Shown piece after piece: positions 26,309 through 35,914 of a stretch of 64,000 nt of DNA. Every line of letters starts with the position of its first letter. Position 1 is the stretch's first letter. Source of the DNA: Clostridia bacterium (lineage in GTDB: Bacteria > Bacillota > Clostridia > Oscillospirales > CAG-272). The position numbers and the translations under genes are program-made. Where the stretch lies: positions 17,529 to 81,528 of the forward strand of contig JAFQEG010000030.1 in the NCBI GenBank assembly GCA_017399145.1, given 5' to 3'. The notes below the pieces were generated by a model. The model had not been told where the DNA came from. It did not search any database and was given only the letters and a program-made list of their open reading frames with translations.

Positions 26309-26746
26309 TTATTTGCCTATAAACAGCCTTCCGTTTACAAAAAGTCCCTTTTTTTCGTCTCCGTTCGGTCTTATGTAAGTGCCCATTCCGTTTGGCATAT
26401 CGTTTTTAAACGAACCGTTGTAGCTACCTCCGTTTGAGTAAATCATTACGCCCTCTCCACATCTTACATTGTTTTTGAATTGTCCTATGTAGAGGTCGCC
26501 ATTTGCATAATTCATTCTGCCCTCTCCGTGTCTGTTTCCGTTTTTCCAGTCACCCTCGTAGCTTTCTCCACCTAGGTTACAAAGCTTGCCATAGCCGTTA
26601 TATTGTCCGTTTTTCCATTCGCCCTCGTAAATTAATCTGCCCTCTTTGTCAAAAAGACTGCCTATACCGTCGGGTAAGCTCTTTTTAGACTCCCCTATGT
26701 AATAATTTCCATTTCCCATTTCAATTTTACTGTTAAAATCTCTCAT
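26309..26746 (-). CDS. MORN-repeat protein (145 aa)
   Basis: Repeats of about 23 aa such as YEGEWKNGQYNGYGK, YEGDWKNGNRHGEGR, YIGQFKNNVRCGEGV. No signal peptide. Confidence 0.8.
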   Translation of the reverse strand: MRDFNSKIEMGNGNYYIGESKKSLPDGIGSLFDKEGRLIYEGEWKNGQYNGYGKLCNLGGESYEGDWKNGNRHGEGRMNYANGDLYIGQFKNNVRCGEGVMIYSNGGSYNGSFKNDMPNGMGTYIRPNGDEKKGLFVNGRLFIGK

Positions 26747-26757
26747 TTTACTCTCCT

Positions 26758-28005
26758 CTAATCAGTCCCCGATTTTTTAAGATTGCCCTTTTCCCAGTAG
26801 CCCTCAAGGACTGTGCCGTCTTTTCTTGTATATTTGCCGTAGCCGTGGTATTGTCCGTTTAGAAATTCACCCTCGTAGGTATCGCCATTGAATAGTAGCT
26901 GAAAGCCCTTGCCATGACGTATGCCATTTTCATAAAAGCCCTCGTAATAGGTGCCGTTTGGATAGGTGTATTTGCCAAAGCCATGTTTTCTTGCGTTTTT
27001 AACCTGTCCCTCGTAGACTGAGCCGTCGGAGTAGGTAAATTTGCCTGTGCCGTTTGGTATGTTATCTACAATATCGCCCTCGAACACAATGTTACCCTTA
27101 TACTCACGTCTGCCCTTGCTACTGCACTTACCGTTTAGGAATATACCTGTTAGACTTCCACCGTCGCTATATGTAAAAGTGCCCGGTCCTGTTCTTTCAC
27201 CCTTTAGGTAGTAGCCCTCATATTTCGCACCTGAGGGTAGGTTGTCGGTGCCGAAGCCGTGTCTTTTTCCGTCCACGTAGGTACCCTCAAAATAGCCACC
27301 TTTTGAATAGGTGTATTTTCCATATCCGTGTCTTTGGTCTGCTCTAAAGTAGCCCTCGAAGGAGTCGCCATTTAAAAACATTTCCTTGCCGTAGCCGTTT
27401 CTTTTATCATTTTTATACTCACCCTCGAAGCTTTCGCCCTCCTCGGTGGTTATTGTACATTTACCATGCTTTTTGTCGTTGAAGAAGTAGCCTTGACAAA
27501 TTCTACCGCCACCCTCGTCAAGCCTACCGTAGCCGTTTGCCATACCACCACGAACCTCGCCCTCGTAAATTTTGCCGTTTTCGTAAAGTATGGTGCTTTT
27601 GTTTACCGGTCCACCGATTATTTGACCATTAGGAAAAAGCAAGTCTCCGTCGGGGGTGGGCACTCCGTTTTCAAAATCCCCACGATATATAACTCCGTTT
27701 GGATAGATCATTTCCCCATAGCCGTGGAATATTCCGTTTCTGTATAGTCCTTTGTGAATTATACCATCAGAGCTTTTTAGTATCCCCTTGCCGTTTGGTA
27801 GTCCGTCAAGAAATTCTCCTCTATAATACGAACCGTCAGCCCCGCGAAAGAAAGCCACACCATCTATTGTGTCATTTCGAAATCTTCCTCTTATGCGTGA
27901 GCCGTCAGGATAGGTTATTTTGCCGAGACCGTGCATTTCTCCATCTACTAATTCTCCCTCGTAAACGCTACCATCGGGGAAATATTTTTTTCCTTTTTCA
28001 ATCAT
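26758..28005 (-). CDS. MORN-repeat protein (415 aa, about 17 repeats)
   Basis: I chose the ATG at 28005 (MIEKGKKYFPDGSVYEGE), preceded by AGGAGGG. The repeat Y.G.......G.G recurs throughout. Confidence 0.8.
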   Translation of the reverse strand: MIEKGKKYFPDGSVYEGELVDGEMHGLGKITYPDGSRIRGRFRNDTIDGVAFFRGADGSYYRGEFLDGLPNGKGILKSSDGIIHKGLYRNGIFHGYGEMIYPNGVIYRGDFENGVPTPDGDLLFPNGQIIGGPVNKSTILYENGKIYEGEVRGGMANGYGRLDEGGGRICQGYFFNDKKHGKCTITTEEGESFEGEYKNDKRNGYGKEMFLNGDSFEGYFRADQRHGYGKYTYSKGGYFEGTYVDGKRHGFGTDNLPSGAKYEGYYLKGERTGPGTFTYSDGGSLTGIFLNGKCSSKGRREYKGNIVFEGDIVDNIPNGTGKFTYSDGSVYEGQVKNARKHGFGKYTYPNGTYYEGFYENGIRHGKGFQLLFNGDTYEGEFLNGQYHGYGKYTRKDGTVLEGYWEKGNLKKSGTD

Positions 28006-28111
28006 ATATATTTCCCTCCTTTTCTTGGGCTGTAACCTTATTTTATCACAACCCTTCATTAATGTCAATGCGCACGTACGCATATTATTAGTAAAAAAAT
28101 TGAAAATTGTA

Positions 28112-28140
28112 TTGACAAATTGCTTTTGTTTTGCTATAAT
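28112..28140 (+). promoter_or_regulatory. promoter of the pyr operon
   Basis: TTGACA (28112-28117), 17-nt spacer, TATAAT (28135-28140). Confidence 0.75.
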
Positions 28141-28147
28141 ATTTACG

Positions 28148-28256
28148 ATCTTTAAGGTCGATACAGAGATATCGACAAGATTTGTGTTAAATATTGTTCC
28201 CCTTTTTGTGCTTTGGGGATATTATGCGAATCTTGTCGTGGGACAAGATTTTTTTA
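28148..28256 (+). promoter_or_regulatory. pyr transcription attenuator (PyrR-binding-like anti-antiterminator, antiterminator, terminator)
   Basis: The hairpin ATCTTTAAGGTCGATACAGAGATATCGACAAGATT (28148-28182) resembles the PyrR-site pattern UCUUUAA..GUC.AGAGA..GAC.AAGA. GACAAGATT (28174-28182) can alternatively pair with AATCTTGTC (28229-28237). The terminator is ATCTTGTC-gtgg-GACAAGAT plus T7 (28230-28256). Confidence 0.6.
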
Positions 28257-28282
28257 TTGCAGTTTCTAAAGGAGATACGAGA

Positions 28283-29473
28283 GTGAAACAGTTTACAAGA
28301 TTTACAGTTGATGATAAGCTTGTTAGTGCTATCCTTGAGGGCACTTCTTTTTCAACCTCCTCTCTTTGTCTTGATGATATAGTTATTCTTCCCGGATTTT
28401 GTGATGTGCACGTTCACTTCAGAGAGCCGGGTTTTTCTTATAAAGAGACTATTAAGACAGGGTCTGAGGCTGGCGCTTGGGGTGGCTACACCGACGTTTG
28501 CACAATGCCTAATTTAAATCCTGTGCCTGACTCGGTTGAAAATCTACAAAAGCAAATTGATATAATTAAAAGGGACGGAAAAATTGGTATCTACCCTTAC
28601 GGCTCAATTACAGTTGGGCAAAGGGGCGAGTCCTTAGCCGACCTTGAGGGCATGAGGGACTTGTGCATTGCCTACTCTGACGACGGAAGAGGAGTACAAA
28701 GTGACGACCTTATGGCTAAGGCTATGGAAAGGGCTAAAGCCCTTGATAAAATTATAGTTGCCCATTGTGAAATTAATGACCTATTAAGGGGTGGCTACAT
28801 TCACGACGGCGAATTTGCAAGAATACATGGAATGAAGGGTATTTGTAGCGAAAGCGAATGGGGACAAATTAAAAGAGATATAGAGCTTGTAAAGAGGATT
28901 GGCTGTAAGTATCACGTTTGTCACATTTCGACTAAGGAAAGCGTTGAGCTGATAAGACAGGCTAAGCGCGATGGTGTTGACATTACCTGTGAAACGGGTC
29001 CTCACTACCTTGTATTTAACGATATGGACCTTTTGGACGAGGGTCGCTTTAAGATGAATCCACCTATAAGAAGCGAGGCAGACAGGCTTGCGCTTATAGA
29101 GGGCATAAAGGACGGTACTATTGATATGATAGCGACCGACCACGCGCCACACAGCGCCGAGGAAAAATCCAAAGGGCTTAAGGATAGCAGCATGGGTGTT
29201 GTAGGACTTGAAACTGCCTTTTCTGTAATGTACACACACTTTGTAAAAACAGGTGTAATTACTATGGAAAAGCTTTTGGACTTAATGTGCTACAATCCAC
29301 GTGCAAGGTTTGGAATTGAGCTTGGTAATTCCTTTACAGTATTTGACCTAGGTCAAAAATATGTGGTTGACCCAAGTGAGTTTAAGTCAATGGGTAAGGC
29401 TACTCCCTTTGAGGACTGTGAACTTTACGGCAGGTGCTTAGGCACAGTAAGAAACGGGCAAATAATTAAGTAA
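28283..29473 (+). CDS. pyrC: dihydroorotase
   Basis: DVHVHFREPG metal motif. I chose the GTG at 28283, after the RBS AAAGGAG. The track ORF from 28025 runs through the promoter and attenuator. Confidence 0.85.
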   Translation: MKQFTRFTVDDKLVSAILEGTSFSTSSLCLDDIVILPGFCDVHVHFREPGFSYKETIKTGSEAGAWGGYTDVCTMPNLNPVPDSVENLQKQIDIIKRDGKIGIYPYGSITVGQRGESLADLEGMRDLCIAYSDDGRGVQSDDLMAKAMERAKALDKIIVAHCEINDLLRGGYIHDGEFARIHGMKGICSESEWGQIKRDIELVKRIGCKYHVCHISTKESVELIRQAKRDGVDITCETGPHYLVFNDMDLLDEGRFKMNPPIRSEADRLALIEGIKDGTIDMIATDHAPHSAEEKSKGLKDSSMGVVGLETAFSVMYTHFVKTGVITMEKLLDLMCYNPRARFGIELGNSFTVFDLGQKYVVDPSEFKSMGKATPFEDCELYGRCLGTVRNGQIIK

Positions 29474-29508
29474 AAAAATAAAGAGATAGATTAAGGAGAA
29501 ATGGAAAA

Positions 29509-32500
29509 ATGGCAAAAAGAACAGACATTAAAAGAGTTATGATTATCGGCTCAGGCCCTATTGTTATCGGTCAGGCTGCCGAGTTCGACTACGCAGGCAC
29601 GCAGGCTTGTCTTGCGCTAAAGGAGGAGGGCTACGAGGTTATTCTTGTAAACTCTAACCCTGCTACAATTATGACTGATACAGTTATCGCTGATAAGGTT
29701 TATATGGAGCCACTTACCCTTGAATACGTGGCTAAGATTATAAGACACGAGCGCCCAGATGCAATTGTTCCAGGCATTGGTGGACAAACAGGTCTTAACC
29801 TTGCTATGCAACTTGAAAAGAAGGGTATCCTAAAGGAAAGTGGAGTTCAATTGCTTGGTACAAGCAGTCGCTCAATTGAAAGAGCTGAGGACAGAGAGCT
29901 ATTTAAGGAGCTTTGCGAGTCTATTGGTGAGCCTGTAATTCCTTCTGAGATTGCTAACAATATGGATGAGGCTATGAGGGCTATTGAAAAGATTGGCTTC
30001 CCTGTTGTTTTGCGTCCTGCATTTACCCTTGGTGGCACAGGCGGTGGCTTTGCTTACAACATGGATGAGTTTGTTGATCTTGCACAGGGTGCTCTTGATG
30101 CATCACCTGTACATCAGGTGCTTGTTGAAAAGAGTGTGCGTGGCTTTAAGGAAATTGAGTTTGAGGTTATGCGTGACGGTGAGGACAACGCAATCACAAT
30201 CTGTGGTATGGAAAATATCGACCCTGTTGGTGTTCATACCGGTGACTCAATAGTTGTTGCGCCTATTATGACTCTTAACGACCACGACCTAAAGATGCTT
30301 AACGATTCTGCTATCAAGCTTATTCGTGAGCTAAAGATTGAGGGTGGCTGTAACGTTCAATTTGCTCTTAATCCAACTACTAGTGAATATTACCTAATCG
30401 AGGTTAACCCAAGAGTTTCTCGTTCCTCTGCCCTTGCATCTAAGGCAAGTGGTTATCCAATTGCAAGAGTTACTGCTAAGGTTGCTCTTGGTATGACTCT
30501 TGACGAGATTGAGGTTGCCGGCACTAAGGCTTCCTTTGAGCCTAGACTTGACTATGTGGTTGCTAAATTCCCACGCTTCCCATTTGATAAGTTTACAACT
30601 GTTCCTAACAAGCTAAACACTCAAATGAAGGCAACTGGTGAGTGTATGGGTATCGGCTCAAATCTTGAGGAGTGCTTGCTTAAGTCTGTTCGCTCACTTG
30701 AGATTGGTGTTTGCCACCTTTATATGCCTAAGTTTGATACAATGAAGGACGGGGATATTCTTGAGTATCTAAAGGAATTCCACGACGACAATATCTTTGC
30801 AATTGCACAGCTATTACGTCATGGCGAAACGGTTGAAAAGCTTCACGAGATTACACAAATCACCTCTTACTTCCTTGAGTCTGTTAAGAAGATTGTTGAA
30901 ATGGAAAAGAAGCTTTCAGCAAACGTAAACGACGTAGCTACTCTTCAAGAGTCTAAGAAGATGGGCTTTAGCGACAAGTACATTGCTAAGCTTTGGGGTG
31001 TTAAGGAGCTTGACGTTTACAATCTAAGACATAAGAATAATATCATTCCTGCATTTAGAATGGTTGATACAGCACACGTTGATGCTTATATTCCTTACTT
31101 CTACTCCTCACACGAGGGTAAGAATCAATCAATCTTGACAAACAAGAAGAAGGTTATCGTTTTAGGTGCCGGTCCTATTCGTATAGGTCAGGGTGTTGAG
31201 TTTGACTACTCTACTGTACATGCAGTTAAGACAATTAAGGAATGTGGCTACGAGGCTATCATTATTAACAACAACCCAGAAACAGTTTCAACTGACTATA
31301 CAACCGCGGACAAGCTTTACTTCGAGCCTCTTACCGTTGAGGACGTTATGGAGGAAATTGAATACGAAAAGCCAGACGGCGTTATTGCTTCCCTTGGCGG
31401 ACAGACAGCTATTAACCTAGCGGCTCCACTTTTCGAGCGTGGTGTTAAGCTTATCGGTACAGACAGTCAAGCTATTGACAGGGCTGAAAACCGTGATACC
31501 TTTGAAAAAATTCTTGAGGAATTACAAATTCCACAGCCTAAGGGTCAGGCTGTAACTAACATTGAGGATGGCGTAAGAGTTGCCTCACTTGTTGGTTACC
31601 CTGTTTTGGTACGTCCTTCATTCGTGCTTGGTGGACGTGCAATGCAGCTTGTTTCAAACGAGGAGCAACTAAGACATTATCTTAGAACTGCGGTTGAAAT
31701 TGACGTTGATAAGCCTGTGCTTGTTGACCACTATATTAGAGGTAAAGAGGTAGAGGTTGACGCAATTTGCGACGGACGTGACGTATTTGTTGCAGGTATT
31801 ATGGAGCTTGTTGAAAGAACCGGCGTTCACTCCGGCGACTCTATTTCCGTATATCCATCCTTCTCAATCTCCGACAAGGTTAAGGGTAAGATTTTGACCT
31901 ACTCTAAGAAGCTTGGTCTTGGAATCGGCATTGTTGGTCTTTTCAATATTCAGTTTATCGTTGACTCAAATGATGACGTATATATCATTGAGGTTAACCC
32001 ACGTTCATCAAGAACTGTTCCATTCCTTTCCAAGTCAACCGGCTACTCTCTTGCTGATATTGCAACTGAGGTTATTCTTGGAAAGAGCTTGAAGGAGCTT
32101 GGTATATTCGACCTATATCCACAGGAGAAAAAGCGTTGGTACTGTAAGGTTCCTGTATTCTCATATAAGAAGATTAGTGGAATTGATGCTTACCTATCCC
32201 CTGAAATGAAGTCAACCGGTGAGGCTATCGGTTATGACGACACTCTAAACCGTGCATTCTACAAGGCTCTTCAGGCATCTGGTATGCAGGTACAAAACTA
32301 CGGAACAATTCTAGCAACAATTGCAGATAACGACAAGGAAGAGGCGCTTCCATTGATTAGACGCTTCTACAACCTTGGCTTTAACATTGAGGCTACTGAG
32401 GGTACTGCTAAGTTCCTAAAGGAGCATGGCATTAGAACAAGAGTTAAGCATAAGATTGGCGACGGCTCTAAGGATATTCCTGAGGCTATGAAGCAGGGTC

Positions 32501-32691
32501 ATATTGCTTACGTTATTAACACAAGTGACGGACAAGACGATGCATCTAACCAAAATCAAAAGGACGGCTACGAAATTCGTCATCTTGCTATTGAAAATAA
32601 CATTTCTCTATTTACCTCACTTGACACAGTAAGAATCTTACTTGACGTCCTTGAGGAAATTACAATTACTATTTCTACAATTGATTCATAA
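29509..32691 (+). CDS. carB: carbamoyl-phosphate synthase large subunit
   Basis: 1060 aa with duplicated ATP-grasp halves (GSGPIVIGQAAEFDYAGTQA and GAGPIRIGQGVEFDYSTVHA) and a C-terminal MGS-like domain. Confidence 0.95.
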   Translation: MAKRTDIKRVMIIGSGPIVIGQAAEFDYAGTQACLALKEEGYEVILVNSNPATIMTDTVIADKVYMEPLTLEYVAKIIRHERPDAIVPGIGGQTGLNLAMQLEKKGILKESGVQLLGTSSRSIERAEDRELFKELCESIGEPVIPSEIANNMDEAMRAIEKIGFPVVLRPAFTLGGTGGGFAYNMDEFVDLAQGALDASPVHQVLVEKSVRGFKEIEFEVMRDGEDNAITICGMENIDPVGVHTGDSIVVAPIMTLNDHDLKMLNDSAIKLIRELKIEGGCNVQFALNPTTSEYYLIEVNPRVSRSSALASKASGYPIARVTAKVALGMTLDEIEVAGTKASFEPRLDYVVAKFPRFPFDKFTTVPNKLNTQMKATGECMGIGSNLEECLLKSVRSLEIGVCHLYMPKFDTMKDGDILEYLKEFHDDNIFAIAQLLRHGETVEKLHEITQITSYFLESVKKIVEMEKKLSANVNDVATLQESKKMGFSDKYIAKLWGVKELDVYNLRHKNNIIPAFRMVDTAHVDAYIPYFYSSHEGKNQSILTNKKKVIVLGAGPIRIGQGVEFDYSTVHAVKTIKECGYEAIIINNNPETVSTDYTTADKLYFEPLTVEDVMEEIEYEKPDGVIASLGGQTAINLAAPLFERGVKLIGTDSQAIDRAENRDTFEKILEELQIPQPKGQAVTNIEDGVRVASLVGYPVLVRPSFVLGGRAMQLVSNEEQLRHYLRTAVEIDVDKPVLVDHYIRGKEVEVDAICDGRDVFVAGIMELVERTGVHSGDSISVYPSFSISDKVKGKILTYSKKLGLGIGIVGLFNIQFIVDSNDDVYIIEVNPRSSRTVPFLSKSTGYSLADIATEVILGKSLKELGIFDLYPQEKKRWYCKVPVFSYKKISGIDAYLSPEMKSTGEAIGYDDTLNRAFYKALQASGMQVQNYGTILATIADNDKEEALPLIRRFYNLGFNIEATEGTAKFLKEHGIRTRVKHKIGDGSKDIPEAMKQGHIAYVINTSDGQDDASNQNQKDGYEIRHLAIENNISLFTSLDTVRILLDVLEEITITISTIDS

Positions 32692-32697
32692 TAAAAA

Positions 32698-32720
32698 GGG
32701 GGAAGGGCTTCCCTTCCCCT
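32698..32720 (+). other. GC-rich intra-operon stem-loop between carB and pyrK
   Basis: GGGGGAAGGG-ctt-CCCTTCCCC with no convincing T-run. It resembles the GGGGAAGG hairpin module of the repeat family at 48.8 and 57.3 kb. Confidence 0.5.
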
Positions 32721-32740
32721 ATGCTTTAAAAGGATTTTAA

Positions 32741-33469
32741 ATGAAGGATTTAATTTTTACAATTACTAGTAATAAAAAAATCGCAAAAAACACCTACGAA
32801 ATGGTGCTTTCTGGCGATTGTACTGATATTAAATGCGGTCAGTTTGTAAATATTAAGCTCGATGGCTTTTACCTACGCAGACCTATTTCTGTATGTGATG
32901 TTGAGGGCAATTTACTAACACTTATATACAAGGTTGTAGGCGGTGGCACAGAGGCTATGGCGCAGATGGGTGCTAACACAGAGCTTTTAGTTTTGACAGG
33001 TCTTGGAAATGGCTATGATACAAGCAAGAGTGGGGACAAGCCACTTTTGGTTGGTGGTGGCGCAGGAGTTCCCCCTATGTACAAGCTTTGTCGTGACCTT
33101 GTAGCACAAGGCAAGGTGCCAAGTGTAATTCTAGGCTTTAACACAAAGGAAGAGGTTTTCTACGAAGACGAGTTTAAAAGGCTTGGTGCTTCCGTTATTG
33201 TGGCAACGGCTGACGGTAGCTATGGTGTTAAGGGCTTTGTAACTGATGCATTTGATTTAGTTGATTATACATATTTTTACACCTGTGGACCTGAGCCTAT
33301 GCTTAAGGCAGTTTACAACAAGAGCGTAACAAGCGGTCAATTCTCCTTTGAGGAAAGAATGGGCTGTGGCTTTGGTGCTTGTATGGGTTGCTCATGCAAG
33401 ACTAAATACGGCAATAAGAGAATCTGCAAGGACGGACCTGTGCTAGAAAAGGAGGAAATTATATGGTAA
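32741..33469 (+). CDS. pyrK: dihydroorotate dehydrogenase electron-transfer subunit
   Basis: FAD/NAD-binding fold plus a C-terminal 2Fe-2S motif CGFGACMGCSC...C. Confidence 0.9.
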   Translation: MKDLIFTITSNKKIAKNTYEMVLSGDCTDIKCGQFVNIKLDGFYLRRPISVCDVEGNLLTLIYKVVGGGTEAMAQMGANTELLVLTGLGNGYDTSKSGDKPLLVGGGAGVPPMYKLCRDLVAQGKVPSVILGFNTKEEVFYEDEFKRLGASVIVATADGSYGVKGFVTDAFDLVDYTYFYTCGPEPMLKAVYNKSVTSGQFSFEERMGCGFGACMGCSCKTKYGNKRICKDGPVLEKEEIIW

Positions 33470-34374
33470 GCTTAAAGACAGAGCTTTGTGGAATTGAGCT
33501 TGACAATCCTCTTATTCCTGCAAGTGGTACCTTTGGCTTCGGCTATGAGTTTGCAGAGATTTATGATATAAATATGCTTGGTAGCTTCTCATTTAAGGGC
33601 ACTACTAAGGACCCTCGCTTTGGTAATCCTACTCCTAGAATTGCCGAGTGCGACCGTGGTATGATTAACTCCGTTGGACTTCAAAATCCCGGTGTTGAGA
33701 AGGTTATTGAAAACGAGCTTCCTAAGCTAAAGAGGTGCTTTTCTAAGCCTGTTATGGCTAACGTAAGTGGCTTCTCTGTTGAGGAATACGTCTACACAGT
33801 TGAAAGGCTTGATAAGGAAGAGCAAATTGGTTGGTTTGAGGTTAATGTAAGCTGTCCTAACGTACACGGTGGTGGAATGAGCTTTGGTACCTCACCTGAG
33901 GCTGCGTCTAGCGTTGTAAGGGCTGTTAAGGCTGTTACAAAAAAGCCTGTTATCGTTAAGCTTTCTCCTAACGTTACTGACATTGTAGCAATAGCTAAGG
34001 CTTGCGAGGAGGCAGGGGCTGACGGAATTAGCCTTATCAATACTCTTTTGGGTATGAAGATTGACCTAAAGTCAAAGAAGCCTGTTGTTGCTAACAAGAT
34101 GGGTGGCTTCTCCGGTCCTGCAATTAAGCCTGTGGCTATTAGAATGGTTTATCAGGTTTACGAGGCAGTTAAAATTCCAATCGTTGGTGGTGGCGGTATT
34201 TCCTCTGCCGAGGACGTAATCGAAATGATGCTTGCCGGTGCAAGTGCAGTTGAGATTGGTGCTGCTAACCTAGTTGACCCTATGGCTTGTCCTAAGATTA
34301 TTGAGGATTTACCAAGGGTTATGGAAAAGTATGGTATTAAAAATTTAAAGGATATAATAGGAGGTGCCCACTAA
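33463..34374 (+). CDS. pyrD: dihydroorotate dehydrogenase (class 1B) catalytic subunit
   Basis: ASGTFGFG and NVSCPN motifs. Overlaps the end of pyrK. Confidence 0.9.
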   Translation: MVSLKTELCGIELDNPLIPASGTFGFGYEFAEIYDINMLGSFSFKGTTKDPRFGNPTPRIAECDRGMINSVGLQNPGVEKVIENELPKLKRCFSKPVMANVSGFSVEEYVYTVERLDKEEQIGWFEVNVSCPNVHGGGMSFGTSPEAASSVVRAVKAVTKKPVIVKLSPNVTDIVAIAKACEEAGADGISLINTLLGMKIDLKSKKPVVANKMGGFSGPAIKPVAIRMVYQVYEAVKIPIVGGGGISSAEDVIEMMLAGASAVEIGAANLVDPMACPKIIEDLPRVMEKYGIKNLKDIIGGAH

Positions 34375-35072
34375 TGGGAAAGGACGTAATTATCGCTTGT
34401 GATTTTGCAAGCAAGGAGCAGGTTTTTAGCTTTCTTGATTTATTCAAGGAGGAAAAGCCATTTGTTAAGATTGGTATGGAGCTTTTTAATGCTGAAGGTC
34501 CAGACATCGTTCGTGAGATTAAGAGAAGAGGTCATAAGATTTTCCTAGACCTTAAGCTTCACGATATTCCTAACACAGTTAAAAAGGCTATGGCGGTTTT
34601 GTCAAGGCTTGACGTTGATATGACAAACGTACACGCAAGTGGTACTATTGCTATGATGGAGGCAGCACTTGAGGGCCTTACCCGTGAGGACGGCACTTGC
34701 CCACTTCTTATTGCAGTTACTCAGCTTACCTCTACAAGTGAGGAAAGAATGAGAGATGACCTACTTATTAACGAGCCTATGGACAAGGTTGTTATGCACT
34801 ACGCGCAAAATGCTAAGAAGGCAGGTCTTGCAGGCATCGTTTGCTCACCACTTGAGGCTGAAAAGGTTCACAACGTATGCGGTAAGGACTTTGTTACTGT
34901 TACTCCAGGTGTTCGCTTTGCCGATGGCGACAAGGGTGACCAGGTAAGAGTTATGACCCCTGCCGAAGCTAAGAAGATTGGTAGTGACTATATTGTAGTT
35001 GGAAGACCAATTACTGCAGCTGCTGACCCTGTGGCAGCTTACAGAAGATGCGTTGCTGAGTTTGTTGGGTAA
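34374..35072 (+). CDS. pyrF: orotidine 5'-phosphate decarboxylase
   Basis: [10 protein letters not shown] motif, 232 aa. Confidence 0.9.
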   Translation: MGKDVIIACDFASKEQVFSFLDLFKEEKPFVKIGMELFNAEGPDIVREIKRRGHKIFLDLKLHDIPNTVKKAMAVLSRLDVDMTNVHASGTIAMMEAALEGLTREDGTCPLLIAVTQLTSTSEERMRDDLLINEPMDKVVMHYAQNAKKAGLAGIVCSPLEAEKVHNVCGKDFVTVTPGVRFADGDKGDQVRVMTPAEAKKIGSDYIVVGRPITAAADPVAAYRRCVAEFVG

Positions 35073-35170
35073 CAAACTCACAATGAAATCCTGCTAACGC
35101 AGGGTTAAATCTTTACAGATGAAATCACAGTGAACCACTGTGATGAAGTCCAAGCAAGGCTTGGGTTGAA
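35058..35170. repeat. mini-hairpin/linker array C (pyrF-pyrE spacer)
   Basis: GAGTTTGTT-gggt-AACAAACTC (35058-35079) spans the pyrF stop. Next come AATGAAATC, then CCTGCtaacGCAGG (35090-35103), then GTTAAATC, then GATGAAATC (35118-35126). These are followed by CACAGTGaacCACTGTG (35126-35142), ATGAAGTC (35143-35150) and CCAAGCaagGCTTGG (35150-35164). Confidence 0.8.
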
Positions 35171-35262
35171 AAGAATAAATAAAACAAGGGGTTTAGATGG
35201 TGAGGAAAATTGCGATTTTCGTTTTTACCAACCTGTAAATCCCCGTATTAAAGGAGTCTATA

Positions 35263-35913
35263 ATGGAAGCTTACAAAAGAGAATTTATACAATTTTTACA
35301 AAGTGCTGGTGTTTTGAAGTTTGGTGATTTTACTGCTAAGAGTGGTAGAAAGATTCCTTACTTTATAAATGCTGGTGAAATTAAAACTGGTGAGCATATT
35401 GCAAAGCTTGGTCAATTCTATGCAAAGGCTTATATTGATAAGCTTGGCAAGAAGCAAGCTGCCCTTTATGGTCCTGCTTACAAGGGTATTTCAATTGCAG
35501 TTGCTACCTCAATTGCACTTAGCGAAAACGGATTAAATCTTCCCTTCTTCTTCAACAGAAAAGAGGCTAAGGACCACGGCGAGGGTGGCGTTTTCGTAGG
35601 CTACAAGCCAAAGAGTGGCGAGGAGGTTGTAATCGTTGAGGACGTTATTACAGCCGGTACTGCTATTCGTGAAACTATGGAAATAATGAAGGGTGTTGAG
35701 GGCGTTAAGGTTGCTGCTACCTTCGTTATGGTTGATAGAAAGGAAAAGGGTCAAGGTCAAAAGGGCGCTATGGTTGAGATTGAGGAGGAGTTTGGCTTCC
35801 CTGTTTACTCCGTAGTTGACGTTTATGATATTATTGAGTATCTTTCCGAGGACGAGTCCAACAAGGAAAACGTAGATAGAATTAAGAAATACCTTGAGGT
35901 ATATGGCGCGTAA
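35263..35913 (+). CDS. pyrE: orotate phosphoribosyltransferase
   Basis: PRPP-binding loop VVIVEDVITAGTA, 216 aa. Confidence 0.9.
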   Translation: MEAYKREFIQFLQSAGVLKFGDFTAKSGRKIPYFINAGEIKTGEHIAKLGQFYAKAYIDKLGKKQAALYGPAYKGISIAVATSIALSENGLNLPFFFNRKEAKDHGEGGVFVGYKPKSGEEVVIVEDVITAGTAIRETMEIMKGVEGVKVAATFVMVDRKEKGQGQKGAMVEIEEEFGFPVYSVVDVYDIIEYLSEDESNKENVDRIKKYLEVYGA

Positions 35914-35914
35914 A

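Noticed and set aside
28025-28282. Long 5' extension of the dihydroorotase ORF (track start 28025, TTG).
   Set aside because: The extension covers a consensus promoter, an attenuator and a T7 terminator. The GTG at 28283, preceded by AAAGGAG, gives a normal-length PyrC.
32698-32720. Terminator between carB and pyrK.
   Set aside because: It is a strong GC stem, but no U-tract follows and pyrK starts 20 nt later within an obvious operon. I kept it only as a stem-loop and possible repeat module.
35171-35262. Additional PyrR binding sites upstream of pyrE (35171-35262) and pyrB (36001-36060).
   Set aside because: I could not find the UCUUUAA...AGAGA...AAGA pattern or a terminator/antiterminator alternative there. 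Only generic hairpins such as GAGCTTTAGAGGGTTAAAACCTTTAAGGCTC are present.
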